NCBI GenBank assembly: GCA_028534125.1
Contig: CM052818.1
Coordinates: 31,250,001-31,314,000, forward strand
Length of the DNA stretch: 64,000 nt
From: Lama glama
Lineage: Eukaryota
Direction: 5' to 3'
This document shows, piece by piece, positions 63,111-64,000 of this stretch. A program made the position numbers and the translations under genes. Within the stretch, counting starts at the first letter, position 1. Each line of letters opens with the position of its first letter. The notes beneath the pieces were generated by a model. The model had not been told where the DNA came from and ran no database searches. It worked only from the letters and a program-made list of their open reading frames with translations.

Positions 63111-64000
63111 ACTGGCACCTCAAATTTCAGATAGGTTGCTAATGTTTTAGAAAATGAATCCATCAGAGTCCATGAGTACTGAACCTTACTAACAGGCCAA
63201 CAACTGCTGAAAAAGATTGATTTAGATGAAATCAGTATTTGCCAATATATGTCAAATGACCACCTGGGACCATCAAGGGACATTATATATAAAATCTGTG
63301 TTTCCAATTTAAAAAATATTGTTTAAGGCACAGCTATTAAAGTTGGAGTGGGGTAGAAGGTAGAAGTGGGTGGGGTTTAGGTTCTATGGCTAACTCTGTA
63401 GGTCACTAGGGGTGACAGGCACTAAGTTAATCCCCCTGCTAAATAAAAGTTTGCCAATATAAAATTAGGGCCATTTACATACGCATACAGAAAAGGCAAG
63501 ATTTTTTTAAAGTCTCAAAACCATTTGTAAAAACACAAATAAGACATTTCTCCAATGATTCTTTCTCAGAAAACAGCTTTGTAATTAGGATGAATCATAC
63601 TTTTTTCCTATTATAAGTCATCACACAGTCTGCAAATACCTCACTCATGGCAAAAAAGATGTAAAAAAACATGAGAAGCAATTACTTTTACTGAGTATTC
63701 CTTTAAACTGAAGATAGTTAATGCAGAAATCTCAAAATAAAAGACTATTTTGGGATGACTATGATGATGGAAAGCCAGCGGATCTTATTTTATCTGAGAA
63801 CAAGTAGTAAACTGCTTAGGAAGATAATCAACTCTCTTAGAATACTAAGAAGGGAACAATTTACTCAGCAGTCCCAGAGTATATTTATAAAGTCATAAAC
63901 ACTACCTTCACAACTCCCATTATTTCTGACTCCTTTTATTTGTCACTTTGTTAGAAGTGATTCTTCACGACAACTAAGACTACCTCTCTAACTTGAGCAC

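Larger units (their letters stand above)
14977..64000 (-). other. LCLAT1: Last intron of LCLAT1 (>49 kb; 5' donor outside the window)
   Basis: The acceptor is at 14977-14978. No upstream LCLAT1-like coding exon is recognisable to the window end, and the sequence is repeat-rich and non-coding. Confidence 0.75.

Noticed and set aside
1..64000. CRISPR-like arrays, prokaryotic operons or defence systems, intact retroviral or transposase genes
   Set aside because: The DNA is mammalian. There are no regularly spaced repeat arrays, and the only reverse transcriptase sequence is a frameshifted L1 ORF2.

Overview
This is eutherian mammal genomic DNA, very probably from a camelid: it carries a Vic-1-type tRNA-derived SINE and young artiodactyl/camelid-type L1 copies. 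The only real protein-coding sequence is the terminal coding exon of LCLAT1 (lysocardiolipin acyltransferase 1, ALCAT1) on the minus strand, 14976->14474. It ends in a KKXX ER-retrieval motif and is followed by a ~3.5 kb 3'UTR that ends at tandem poly(A) signals near 10950. Everything to the right (14977-64000) is one long LCLAT1 intron; I did not find the preceding exon. Everything to the left is downstream intergenic DNA. The rest is ordinary repeat content (L1, L2, MIR, MaLR/ERV LTRs, hAT DNA transposons, microsatellites) plus a 500-N assembly gap. I see no convincing previously undescribed biological system. The best leads are splice-signal oddities around the LCLAT1 last exon, a candidate poison exon, and a nested, atypical L1/SINE insertion cluster at 57-60 kb. 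Repeat family names come from recognising consensus-like sequence by eye, and their boundaries are approximate unless target-site duplications (TSDs) are given.
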